A stretch of DNA of 64,000 nucleotides, taken from the NCBI RefSeq assembly GCF_030652775.1, contig NZ_JAUSPS010000010.1, positions 19,280 to 83,279 on the forward strand, read 5' to 3'. The notes beneath the pieces are model-generated. The model worked only from the letters and a program-made list of their open reading frames with translations. It had not been told where the DNA came from and ran no database searches. The DNA is from Acetobacterium sp. (GTDB lineage Bacteria > Bacillota > Clostridia > Eubacteriales > Eubacteriaceae). Position 1 is the stretch's first letter; every line of letters starts with the position of its first letter. Below are positions 10,061 to 19,404 of this stretch, one piece after another. A program made the position numbers and the translations under genes.

Positions 10061-10736
10061 CGGGCACCCCCATCCATTGATAACCCATCCCATAAATGGT
10101 TTTGAGATGTTTTTTGTCCCTGGTGTCAATCTTTGATCTGATCCGGCTGATCATCATGGTCAGAGCATTTTCATCGACAAAGTTCTCGTTGCAATCCCAC
10201 AATTTTTCCAGTAGCAGCCGTCTTGTCAGCACCGTCTGGCTGTTTTTGATAAAAATGTCAAGCAGCTTGTATTCGTTGCTGCTAAGCTCGATGGCGTTTC
10301 CACCAAGACTGGCTTTTCGCTCTGAGAAATCAATGATCAGATTGCCGTCGTTATAAATATGCTTCTCAACACTACCGCCATTTCTTTTGATAATCACGGC
10401 GATCTTTTTCAGCATGACGCTAATCAAAAACGGCTTGGTGATGTAATCTTCGGCCCCCAGTTCAAACCCCTTTAAAATATCACTTTCGAGATCATTGGCG
10501 GTTAAAAAAATAATTGGTGTATCGATTTGGTCACGCCATTTTCTACATAAATCAAAACCATTGCCATCGGGCAGATTCACGTCTAAAACGATCAGATCAA
10601 CCTGACTCAGCTCCAGCGTGCTGTCAGCTTCTTTAAAATTGTAGGTCGAAGTCACCTGATATCCCGCTGAAATAAGATTATAGGCCAAGGTGTGATTCAA
10701 CACCTTGTCATCTTCGACAATCAATACCTTCATCAT
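10050..10736 (-). CDS. OmpR-family response regulator
   Basis: LIVEDD, LDVNLPDGNG, DYITKPF, wHTH ending TIYGMGYQW. Confidence 0.95.
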   Translation of the reverse strand: MMKVLIVEDDKVLNHTLAYNLISAGYQVTSTYNFKEADSTLELSQVDLIVLDVNLPDGNGFDLCRKWRDQIDTPIIFLTANDLESDILKGFELGAEDYITKPFLISVMLKKIAVIIKRNGGSVEKHIYNDGNLIIDFSERKASLGGNAIELSSNEYKLLDIFIKNSQTVLTRRLLLEKLWDCNENFVDENALTMMISRIRSKIDTRDKKHLKTIYGMGYQWMGVPDEK

Positions 10737-11030
10737 ACCATTCCCATCCTTTTAGTGTATTCGTATTTAGTGCATTCGCCATTATTGGTCTGCGCCCTGA
10801 TCATTTTTCCTGGTTATTTTATCAGTGCCGCTCGCTTTAAGCTATCATTTTCCGGTTTCAGTTGCAAGCGTTTTTTCGGCCTGCTTTTTATAGTGACTTG
10901 AATCATCAATTTTTCATAAATCTTTCTCACTCATTGATCCAACTTGACTTTATTACATTTTACCATTAAAATTCAACTATCCAAATGATAAAAGAAATGG
11001 CAGTGGGAAAGGGATATTCCTGACACAAAT

Positions 11031-11795
11031 ATGGAAGGAATGAAGATGAACACGAATGTAAATATCCCCTGGCAAAAAATTTATGAGTTTACTCTGACCT
11101 GCGGAAATATGCATGACCTGAAAGCCTTTTGCGCCGAAATTTTGGCCGGCCTTGGCAATCTATGCGACTTCGATCAGTCCCTTGTCTATTTTCTCGATGG
11201 CAATGGCAAGGTGTGTAATCAGTATCTCCACAATATTGACAAACAATGGAGTACCATGTACCTCGAATACTACTCAAAAAGTAAGACCGGCTATTATAGC
11301 CTGGTGAAAAATTTACGCGAAAACCCTGCTAAACCAACCATCAATATCCGAGCCTGGAAAAAAGAACCACCCACCGAGTTTGTTTCTAATTATATTCCTC
11401 CCCGGGGGGTTAAATACTCTCTTGGTTTTGCGCTGTTTGATCTAAACGGCAAGCCGCGAACCTTGTTTGCCCTGGACAAAACAAAAGATGAAAACTTTAC
11501 CGAGACCGAGTTTATGACCCTGTCCCTGGCGGTTCCACAGTTAAACAATCTGCATAAGAATTTTTTCACGCAGCAGACAAGCCGACAAGCTGTTGATCAG
11601 ATTTCCTGGGAAACCACAAACCTGACCTCCCGCGAGATCGAAATTGCCAATCTGCTGTGCCAGGGGATTTCGCCAGCGGTCATCAGTCAATCGCTTTACA
11701 TCTCCCAGTCCACTACCAATAAACATATCGCTCATATCTATGAAAAGATGCATGTTTCCAACCTCCAGGAACTGCTCGTCCGGTTACTGGCTTAA
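11031..11795 (+). CDS. LuxR-family transcriptional regulator with N-terminal sensory (GAF-like) domain
   Basis: C-terminal LTSREIEIANLLCQG...IYEKMHVSN LuxR HTH. The true start may be ATG 11040 or 11046. Confidence 0.88.
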   Translation: MEGMKMNTNVNIPWQKIYEFTLTCGNMHDLKAFCAEILAGLGNLCDFDQSLVYFLDGNGKVCNQYLHNIDKQWSTMYLEYYSKSKTGYYSLVKNLRENPAKPTINIRAWKKEPPTEFVSNYIPPRGVKYSLGFALFDLNGKPRTLFALDKTKDENFTETEFMTLSLAVPQLNNLHKNFFTQQTSRQAVDQISWETTNLTSREIEIANLLCQGISPAVISQSLYISQSTTNKHIAHIYEKMHVSNLQELLVRLLA

Positions 11796-11821
11796 GTAGA
11801 ACAATTATATCGCTAAATAAA

Positions 11822-11869
11822 ATCCCCCTGGAGTAGTCGCCTTTGGGAGGCGCATCTACTCAGGGGGAT
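11822..11869. terminator. GC-rich hairpin between convergent luxR and SDR genes
   Basis: ATCCCCCTGGAGTAG-TCGCC-TTTGGGA-GGCG-CAT-CTACTCAGGGGGAT. Confidence 0.55.
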
Positions 11870-11910
11870 CAAATCCGCAATCTATTCAATTATTGATTGA
11901 CCTGATTTGG

Positions 11911-12837
11911 TCAGTCCGCTTTCGGCCCCGGAATACAGCCGGCAACGGTGTAACTCCATGGCCTCGCCTGATAACTGAGCAGTGAGCCACCATCCACATC
12001 AATGGTCTCACCAACGATGAAGTCCGACATCGCAGTACACATCGCCAATACCACCAGCGCCACCTCGTCAGGATTCATGACCATCGGTGTCTCGCGACCG
12101 TATTTGCCGCGTTCCTCAGCAAACTCCGGTCCATACAGACCAACTGCTTCCGCAGCATTAGTCAGGGCTCCGGCTGTCAGCATCCCACCAGGTGCGACAC
12201 AGTTGACACTGATGCCGTATTGGCGCAATTCTTTCGCAATTCCCTTTGTCATACTGACAATCGCCCCCTTGGCTGCATTATAGTGGGTCATCGTACCCAA
12301 TTTAGCGGCGTCAGAGCCTTTATGAGCAACTGACGAAATGAACACAATTTTTCCCTTGGTCTTTTGCGCAACCATCACCCGGGCAGCCGCCTGGGCAATA
12401 AAATATTCGCCCTTTAAATCGGTGTTGATCACCGTGTCAAAAGCCTCTTCTGGCATATCCAGAAACGAATACATTGACCATACTGCGGCATTGGCCACGA
12501 CAATATCAACGCCGCCGTATTGTGCCACCGCATAATCAACTGCGGCATAACAGTCAGACACCTTGTTAACATCGGTCTGGAACCACTTTACTTCAAAATC
12601 TCTGGCCCGAAAATCAGCCTCGGCCTTCATCCCGGTCATTTCTTTTCGCGATGCAATGACCACCCGCACGCCGGCCTCGGCTAAACGGTTTACGACGTTA
12701 TAACCCAACCCAGTGGCGCCACCGGTTACGATTGCCACCTTACCCGCCAGATCCTTGCCGAACACTTCCGGTAGACTACGAATTTGCTGGGTACTTTTTT
12801 CCGCCATTGCTAAGATTGTATTGGCATCCATTTTCAT
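11911..12837 (-). CDS. Short-chain dehydrogenase/reductase (SDR)
   Basis: TGGATGLG Rossmann motif, VVANAA, catalytic Ser and YNAAK, VNCVAPGG. Confidence 0.93.
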   Translation of the reverse strand: MKMDANTILAMAEKSTQQIRSLPEVFGKDLAGKVAIVTGGATGLGYNVVNRLAEAGVRVVIASRKEMTGMKAEADFRARDFEVKWFQTDVNKVSDCYAAVDYAVAQYGGVDIVVANAAVWSMYSFLDMPEEAFDTVINTDLKGEYFIAQAAARVMVAQKTKGKIVFISSVAHKGSDAAKLGTMTHYNAAKGAIVSMTKGIAKELRQYGISVNCVAPGGMLTAGALTNAAEAVGLYGPEFAEERGKYGRETPMVMNPDEVALVVLAMCTAMSDFIVGETIDVDGGSLLSYQARPWSYTVAGCIPGPKAD

Positions 12838-12961
12838 AAAATCGTCTCCCCTAACTTATCACATAAAATTATTTTCACTTTTGTTTAGTTGGCGTATGAA
12901 CCAGTCACACTTAACTCAGTTCATCCGCCCGTCTTGCTCTTTCTGAAAATTACCGTCTTGG

Positions 12962-13870
12962 CTATCTTACCGTGTACTTTTGTTCCAACTGGTTCAGGAA
13001 TTTGTCAAGTTCCTGCGCATCCATGTGGAAGCCGTGCTTATCTTCGGGATATACACCAGTCCGAACATCATTAGCCCAGCCACTGTATGCGGTTGCAGCC
13101 CACTTAAAGAAATCACCATAGGCCTTGGCATGAGCAGCCGCTGATGGCATCATGTTGAAGGTATCAAAGTCAACCATTTCGGAACCGTCAGCGTCACCAC
13201 CGGCACAAATGGCAACCACTGGTACACTCAGTTTCCTGGCGATGGCGTTGGTAACTTCGATCGGGGTCAGTTCAATGGTCATGCCCATCATCCCATTTTC
13301 CTGATACTCATAAGCCATTCGGAAAACATCCATGGCATCTTCTGCAGTTTTACCCAGACGCTTGTAGCCACCATGCCGACTGGTCTGCCAGCCCGACAGC
13401 GCCCCGACGTGACCGAATACAACCAGATGGTTATCGGCCATATACTTCAGAGTCTCGTTACTGACACCCATCGGGAGCAGGGAGTCAGCGCCATTGGCCA
13501 TGTACAGGGAGCCGTTTTTTAAAGCCTCTTCTTTAGAGCAGTAGGTCGGGGTCTGCATATAGAAGTTAAGATGGATCAGCTGCGCCGCACTGCGGACGTC
13601 GCGAATCCGCCAGCTGGCGTTGGCAATCTGCATCTCGGTGTTCTCACCGGGAGTCGTCAGGCGACAGATGTCACAGTCAGCCATTTCAGCGGCCATCACA
13701 AAATACTTGTCGCGGTCGGCTGGGCACATCTGCACAATCTTCTCGCCATTATCCTTCTTCTCCTGAAGATAAGCGATTGATTTTCGGCCTTTTTTCATCT
13801 TGGATGCTTTAACACCTTGTTTTTCTTCTTTACTGATTTCGACTTCGTTGTTTCCCTTTTCTGTTGACAT
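12962..13870 (-). CDS. Divergent PanB (ketopantoate hydroxymethyltransferase)-fold protein
   Basis: FGHVG, GGYKRLGK, TIELTP, VPVVAICAG, GVYPEDKHGF match the PanB C-terminal half. The GDS, AD(L/M)PF and KIEG motifs are absent. Confidence 0.75.
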   Translation of the reverse strand: MSTEKGNNEVEISKEEKQGVKASKMKKGRKSIAYLQEKKDNGEKIVQMCPADRDKYFVMAAEMADCDICRLTTPGENTEMQIANASWRIRDVRSAAQLIHLNFYMQTPTYCSKEEALKNGSLYMANGADSLLPMGVSNETLKYMADNHLVVFGHVGALSGWQTSRHGGYKRLGKTAEDAMDVFRMAYEYQENGMMGMTIELTPIEVTNAIARKLSVPVVAICAGGDADGSEMVDFDTFNMMPSAAAHAKAYGDFFKWAATAYSGWANDVRTGVYPEDKHGFHMDAQELDKFLNQLEQKYTVR

Positions 13871-14299
13871 ATGAAATCCTCCTTTTATTTTGGGTCATTG
13901 CCCATCATTCCAAACACGTCCGAACTCCACATCCTTTTCAGATGGCTGGTGCCGGTTTGTAACACGATCGCAATTTTGTTAGTTGAGCGTGTAATCCTTT
14001 TCATGTTTTGCTTGAGTTAACTATATCAAAAAGAGTTTTATCGAGTAATTAGTAATTTTATGTATTAAATATTATCGATTTTACCCATTTTACGGACAAT
14101 AAAAAAATGATATAATATCTAATTCTCAATATTATATCACTTGAATTACATTACATCGTATTATAAACAATATCCGGGGGTGAGAGGTTCCGAGAAGAAC
14201 ATCCGGTTTTTTTTATTTCCGCATAAAAAAATCTGCAGACCAAGACAAAAATCGGGAAATAGTCAGACCTATTATTTCCGTGATTCCATTTTTACTTGT

Positions 14300-15028
14300 T
14301 TAATTGCTATTTCTAATCTTCCTGACATTATTATTCATTAAATGTCTTCCCAGATTTTTATAGATGAATTTTTTTATTTCAGACATTTCCTGACGATGTT
14401 CCTTGAGCAAATCATCGGGATTATCATAAACGCCAAAATCCTGAGTTATACCTTCACTTTGGATGTAGGTGTTGTTCTTGTTCCAATCAATAATTGGATG
14501 TTGAAAGTCTTTTACTGCCACCCCATATCCACAAAAAGGGCCCGTACATTCACTGTTAATTTTCTGCAATTTCTCCAGGTACTTTTTATCCAGAATAAAT
14601 CCCTCTAACTCACACCAATTGTTTTCATATAATACTTCAACCCAGCTATGAAATACATTCTTTGGTGCATTTTTGTAGACAATTCCCGTCATCGCGCCTT
14701 TTTGCAACTTTTTATCAATCGTAAACCCATGAACTCGACACGGTATTCCAACTGCTCTTAACAGGGCCATAAAAAGTGTTCCTTTCGTGTTGCATTGCCC
14801 ATATCCATCTGAGAGGACTTTTGATGCCGGGATGTTGTCGTCCACATTATAGCCAAACATTATTTCATCCCTAACATAATTATAAATTGCCTTTATCTGT
14901 TGATCGTCTTCAAGATTTTCCCATTTCCTAATTTTTATTAAATCCTGGATTCTTTGATGAGAATAATCTAATAGTTTTGTTTCATCTAAATATCTATTGC
15001 TTTCCATTGATATCATCTCCCTAATCAA
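14300..15028 (-). CDS. Transglutaminase-like domain protein (intact copy)
   Basis: DGYGQCNTKGTLFMALLRAVGIPCR (catalytic Cys), HSWVEV, LEGFILD. Confidence 0.9.
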   Translation of the reverse strand: MIREMISMESNRYLDETKLLDYSHQRIQDLIKIRKWENLEDDQQIKAIYNYVRDEIMFGYNVDDNIPASKVLSDGYGQCNTKGTLFMALLRAVGIPCRVHGFTIDKKLQKGAMTGIVYKNAPKNVFHSWVEVLYENNWCELEGFILDKKYLEKLQKINSECTGPFCGYGVAVKDFQHPIIDWNKNNTYIQSEGITQDFGVYDNPDDLLKEHRQEMSEIKKFIYKNLGRHLMNNNVRKIRNSN

Positions 15029-15139
15029 AAGCTGAATTTTTTACTCAAATAACAGCAGGTTCATATGCTTGTTACATCTTTTTATAGGATATATTATTTA
15101 AACGTCCAAGTAAAGTAAGTTGTTAGGCCTAACCTAAAA

Positions 15140-15330
15140 GTTACGTTCCTTTTTTTGCTTAACGACGCGGGGCTCAGGGCGCTGCATAATTTCCGGGAAA
15201 AATGAGTGTTTGTACCATCAAAAATAAATGCGTTAAAGGAGACTAAACAATGACTTTTCGGGGAAAAACCACTGATAATGACATGACTAAAGAATTGTAG
15301 ACTTTTGAATCCCGAGCCAAAAGCGATGTC
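15140..15330 (+). pseudogene. Remnant of padR 3' end plus DUF1048-like 5' end
   Basis: Manual translation RSFFLLNDAGLRALHNFREK*VFVPSKINALKETKQ, then MTFRGKTTDNDMTKEL*TFESRAK. Internal stops; resembles padR-DUF1048 operons. Confidence 0.55.
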
Positions 15331-15441
15331 CCACAACAATAGCAACGCAACCAAAGCTGACATTTTTTGTGCCATTATGTTAACATTAATTGATGGATGT
15401 CATTTCCAAAAGCTGGTAGAATAAGGACAGGTGGTGAAAAT

Positions 15442-15909
15442 ATGAAAAATGTGATTAGTATGAATTTACAGACCCTACGAAAAACCCATCAGTACACACA
15501 GGAAGATGTAGCCGATAAAATCGCAGTTTCCCGGCAGTCCGTTGCTAAATGGGAAAACGGCGAAAGCTTACCGGATATGAATAAATGCATTGCCCTGGCT
15601 CAGCTTTATAACATTTCCCTTGATACCCTCGTCAACGGAACCGAAACGTCAGGAGTACCCTTGCCGCCAAAAGGGAAGCACGTTTTTGGCACGGTGATTG
15701 TTGGCGAACGCGGACAAATTGTCATTCCCAAAAAAGCCCGGGAAGTCTTTCAGATCAATCCCGGAGACAACCTGATGATTCTGGGTGATGATAATCAGGG
15801 GGGCCTTGCCCTGATTGACGCCAGTCGATTCATCAGTCAGTTTGAGTTTGTTAAACAAAGTTTGGGCTATGCCGATCGAACCGTTAAGGATAACGAAAGT
15901 GAAGATTAA
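15442..15909 (+). CDS. XRE-family HTH fused to an AbrB-like domain
   Basis: LRKTHQYTQEDVADKIAVSRQSVAKWENGESLPD HTH, then VGERGQIVIPKKAREVFQINPGD. Start at ATG 15442. Confidence 0.9.
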   Translation: MKNVISMNLQTLRKTHQYTQEDVADKIAVSRQSVAKWENGESLPDMNKCIALAQLYNISLDTLVNGTETSGVPLPPKGKHVFGTVIVGERGQIVIPKKAREVFQINPGDNLMILGDDNQGGLALIDASRFISQFEFVKQSLGYADRTVKDNESED

Positions 15910-16990
15910 GAAAATGCAAGTAGTCCTGATTGTTTTGGCTTTTTTAGTAATCGGCGGCGCCGCCGTCTTTGGTTATTTTTTTTACAGCAATTTACATCCG
16001 ATCGATGATCGCTATCTCAAACAGACCCTCGCCGCTGGCTTTACTGAACAAACAGCCACGCTGGATAATGGTTCGGTTATTAATTATGGTGAGGGGCCAG
16101 ATAACGGCCCCGCCCTGCTGTTAATCCACGGACAGGGCGTTTCCTGGGAGGATTATGCCGCAGTTCTGCCCGAATTATCGAAAAACTATCATGTCTTTGC
16201 GGTGGACTGCTTTGGCCACGGTCAATCCAGTCATGATCCAGCGCTTTATTCCTGTGCAGCCAACGGCCAGGCGCTGATTGCATTTATGGAGCGTGTTATC
16301 GGTGAAAAATGCTTTGTCTCTGGTCATTCTTCCGGTGGTATTCTAGCTGCCTGGCTTGGCGCCAACGCACCGGAGCTGGTCAGCGGCGTTCTACTTGAAG
16401 ACCCCCCACTCTTTTCCGTGACCCCTGAGGAAATGCAGGAAGGATCCGGCTGCTTTGCCTGGCAGGATACCTTCATGACCATCCACGGCTTTCTGAATCA
16501 AACGGCTGAAACGGATTTTGTTGTCTATTATTATAAGCATGGCTATATGGTTTCCCTTTTCGGCGGCTTAAAAGAAAAGGTGGTAACGGCCGTTGAGACG
16601 TTCCGCCCAGAACATCCCGATCAGGGGCCCAGAATCTACTGGATTCCCTATTCCTGGCTGCGACTGATGAATACCATTGATCACTATGATCTGGCCTTCG
16701 GCGAGAGTTTTTACGATGGTTCATGGATGAATGGGGTCGATCAGGAAACGATGCTAAAAACGATTTCGGCTCCGACAATTTATCTGAAAGCCGAAACAAA
16801 TTACGGTAAGGACGGGGTCTTGTACGCCGCCAACACCGATGAAGATGCCAACAAGGTTCAGGCTTTGCTCTCCGATTGCGAAACCCTGACCATCAAATCA
16901 GGCCATGACATCCATTATGAGCATCCCGTCTTTTTCATTTCCGCGTTAAACAATCTGCAGACCAAGATAAAAATAGAGGAAATAGTCTAA
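15899..16990 (+). CDS. Membrane-anchored/secreted alpha/beta hydrolase
   Basis: N-terminal TM, LLIHGQG, VDCFGHG, GHSSGG nucleophile, SGHDIH. Probable GTG start at 15899. Confidence 0.88.
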   Translation: MKIKKMQVVLIVLAFLVIGGAAVFGYFFYSNLHPIDDRYLKQTLAAGFTEQTATLDNGSVINYGEGPDNGPALLLIHGQGVSWEDYAAVLPELSKNYHVFAVDCFGHGQSSHDPALYSCAANGQALIAFMERVIGEKCFVSGHSSGGILAAWLGANAPELVSGVLLEDPPLFSVTPEEMQEGSGCFAWQDTFMTIHGFLNQTAETDFVVYYYKHGYMVSLFGGLKEKVVTAVETFRPEHPDQGPRIYWIPYSWLRLMNTIDHYDLAFGESFYDGSWMNGVDQETMLKTISAPTIYLKAETNYGKDGVLYAANTDEDANKVQALLSDCETLTIKSGHDIHYEHPVFFISALNNLQTKIKIEEIV

Positions 16991-17022
16991 CAAACTATTT
17001 CTTCTATTTCATTTTTACTTAT

Positions 17023-17229
17023 TTAATTGCTATTTTTAATCATCTTGACATTGCTATTCATAAGTATGTCAAGATGATTTTTATAGAAAAAATTCTTAAT
17101 CTCAGACATTTCCTGGCGATGTTCTTTTAGTAAATCATCGGGATTATCATAAACATCAAAATCCTGAGTTATATCTTCACTTTAGATATAGGTGTTGTTC
17201 TTATTCCAATCAATAATTGGATGTTGAAT
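17023..17229 (-). pseudogene. 3' fragment of the transglutaminase-like gene (copy B)
   Basis: Translates IQHPIIDWNKNNTYI*SEDITQDFDVYDNPDDLLKEHRQEMSEIK..., colinear with 14300-14510. In-frame TAA; no 5' part. Confidence 0.85.
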
Positions 17230-17235
17230 GCTTAC

Positions 17236-18210
17236 TCAATCTGAAAATAATGGTTCAATCATTTTAAGAATAAGCTCAACTCTATCCTTCACCTCCGGGA
17301 TTAAAAGAGAAGCGATCGTAATAACCATGTTTTTCTTTGTATTCACGTAAATCACGTTCCCCCCATCTCCCAGGGCAGCATAACTTTGCTCTTTTTCATC
17401 AATAATCCACCAAAGGTAACCATAAGACAAGCTGTCCCACCTGATGTGTTCCTGTGTGCTTATATCGATCCATTGTTTTGATATGATTTGTTTGCCTTCC
17501 CATAACCCGCCATTTAGGTACAATTGGCCTATTTTTGCCATATCCACCGGCGTCAAGGTAAGACCCCAGCTTGCCGTGTTGATCCCCTGGGGATCAACAA
17601 CCCAGCCATTGGTATGTTTTTCTTTTGCATAAAAAGCCATCTGTTCTTCTTCACTTCGCAACACCACATTATGCATCCCATTGATTCCTAGCGGCGAGAA
17701 TAAATTTTTTATCGCAAACTCAATTATTGGTTGCCCTGTCGCTTTTACAAGAATGCCCGACAGGATATGTGCGCCAATGATGGGCGAATACTTAAATTCT
17801 CCGATTTGTTCGCCGCCCAATAAATCCAGGGCGGCTTTTACCCAGTTTTCACTGGCGAAAAATGCCTCATATGGCTCTAACTGATATTTATATGGGGCGG
17901 TCATGGTAAGCAGATTTTTAATCGTAACTTCCTGTATTGTTTTTTCACCGGCTTGAACAGCGTAATCCGGAAAAAAATCTAATACTTTCTGATCTACACT
18001 TTTAATCTGTCCCTTGTCAAGGGCGATCCCGATCAAACCGGAAACAATGCTTTTTGTCACTGAATACACATGAATGGAGTGATCAGCGGCATACCCGTTA
18101 AAGTAGTTTTCGTATAATTTATTGCCGCTTTTTTGCACAACAATGCCCGCTATATCGGGATAGTCACTACTTATCATCTTTTCAAACGCTTTAATTTTTT
18201 TCTGATTCAT
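17236..18210 (-). CDS. Serine hydrolase, beta-lactamase class C/6-aminohexanoate-dimer hydrolase family
   Basis: YSVTKS (SxxK), FKYS, DMAKIGQLYLNGG, YGYLWW, GDGGNVIYV. Confidence 0.88.
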   Translation of the reverse strand: MNQKKIKAFEKMISSDYPDIAGIVVQKSGNKLYENYFNGYAADHSIHVYSVTKSIVSGLIGIALDKGQIKSVDQKVLDFFPDYAVQAGEKTIQEVTIKNLLTMTAPYKYQLEPYEAFFASENWVKAALDLLGGEQIGEFKYSPIIGAHILSGILVKATGQPIIEFAIKNLFSPLGINGMHNVVLRSEEEQMAFYAKEKHTNGWVVDPQGINTASWGLTLTPVDMAKIGQLYLNGGLWEGKQIISKQWIDISTQEHIRWDSLSYGYLWWIIDEKEQSYAALGDGGNVIYVNTKKNMVITIASLLIPEVKDRVELILKMIEPLFSD

Positions 18211-18308
18211 ACAATTTTCTCCTTTAGGTTTTAACGGATATCCTTGAAACTAAGGATAAGTCCATTAAAAATGTATTGCAAGAACTATTTTAAAAATGTT
18301 AAAAAAAT

Positions 18309-18335
18309 ATGACACAGCGACGTTTCCCGTTACAT
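18309..18335 (+). repeat. REP-like element, dispersed copy
   Basis: ATGACACAGCGACGTTTC matches 16/18 of the RAYT-flanking element ATGACAAAGGGACGTTTC. Confidence 0.6.
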
Positions 18336-18479
18336 TATTAAATTAGTCGAAAGATCATGGAAATGTTTAAAAACATATGGTATGATAAATTTTAACAGCA
18401 CTTTGAATTGTTGCCTTTTTAAGAATGATTATCAGGAAATAATTTTATCTACTATTTCCTTGTTTTCATTTTCACTTAT

Positions 18480-18737
18480 CTAATTGCTGTTTCTAATCTT
18501 CCTGACATTGTTATTCATAAGATGCCTTCCCAGATTTTTATAGTTGTCATCCACATTATAGCCAAACATTATTTCATCCCTAACATAATTATAAATTGCT
18601 TTTATCTGTTGCTCCTCTTCTCGATTTTCCCACTTCCTGATTTTTATTAAATCCTGGATTTTTTGATTTGAATAATCTAATAGTTTTGTTTCATCTAAAT
18701 ATCTATTGCTTTCCATTGATATCATCTCCCTAATCAA
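18480..18737 (-). pseudogene. Internally deleted transglutaminase-like gene (copy C)
   Basis: The N-terminal 65 aa (...GYNVDDN) are fused in frame to the last 20 aa (YKNLGRHL...) of copy A. The catalytic core is missing. Confidence 0.9.
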
Positions 18738-18835
18738 AAGCTGAATTTTCTACTCAAATAACATCAGGTTCATCCGCTTATTATACCTTTTTATAGAATA
18801 TATTATTTTAACGTCAGAGTAAAGTAAGTTGTTGC

Positions 18836-18862
18836 ATGACTCGGTGACGTTTCATTTGTTAT
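18836..18862 (+). repeat. REP-like element, dispersed copy
   Basis: ATGACTCGGTGACGTTTCATTTGTTAT versus ATGACAAAGGGACGTTTCGTTTGTTAT. It starts 2 nt after the end of homology between copies A and C. Confidence 0.7.
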
Positions 18863-18921
18863 TTATTTGGATTAAATGGTATAAAAAGAGTAGTTTGAAA
18901 AATAAAACTGGAGGAAGTAAG

Positions 18922-19395
18922 ATGATTTTTATGGGTTTGTTCATCGTTGGTTTAATCACCGGGTTGATTCATTGGTTTATTAAACGAAAAACTGGGATTG
19001 GTTTGGCGGAAACCTTATTGCTGCATCAGCTCTTTTTTTTAGGAATCTCAATGTTCCTTAGTGCCTATGGGCATATTTTCATGAGTGAGAAAATTGCCGC
19101 ACAAATCGGCTGGGTCTCTAATGGTTTTCAGAAAGAATTGGGAATGGTGTCTTTGGGGATTGGTATCTGTGGTTTTCTTGCCGTAAAATTCCGAGGGCTG
19201 TTCTGGGTACCAATTATTATTATTTCTGCGGTCTTCTTTTTCGGTGCATCAATCGTTCATATTCAGGAGTTAATTGCCGTTGACAACTTTAATCCCGGAA
19301 ATGTACTGACCATTATTCCAGACTTGCTGGGTCCGATTACCATGATTGTTTTGGGATTGCTGACAATACGAGAGAAGAAAAACAATTTAAGCTAA
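18922..19395 (+). CDS. Membrane protein (DUF6790-like)
   Basis: 4-5 TM segments; GHIF...AAQIGW.SNGFQKELG motif. Start at ATG 18922 behind GGAGG. Confidence 0.7.
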   Translation: MIFMGLFIVGLITGLIHWFIKRKTGIGLAETLLLHQLFFLGISMFLSAYGHIFMSEKIAAQIGWVSNGFQKELGMVSLGIGICGFLAVKFRGLFWVPIIIISAVFFFGASIVHIQELIAVDNFNPGNVLTIIPDLLGPITMIVLGLLTIREKKNNLS

Positions 19396-19404
19396 ACCGC
19401 TAAG

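Noticed and set aside
15122-15133. GTTAGGCCTAAC palindrome resembling an integron attC core/inverse core
   Set aside because: No spacer or L boxes, no integron integrase in the window, and the motif is not repeated at other gene ends.
15131-15155. Possible degenerate REP copy at the end of transglutaminase copy A
   Set aside because: The similarity is weak and overlaps codons explained by the padR remnant (RSFFLLNDAG), so it was not counted.
15094-15375. 93-aa minus-strand ORF
   Set aside because: No RBS or family motif; it is the antisense shadow of the padR/DUF1048 remnant.
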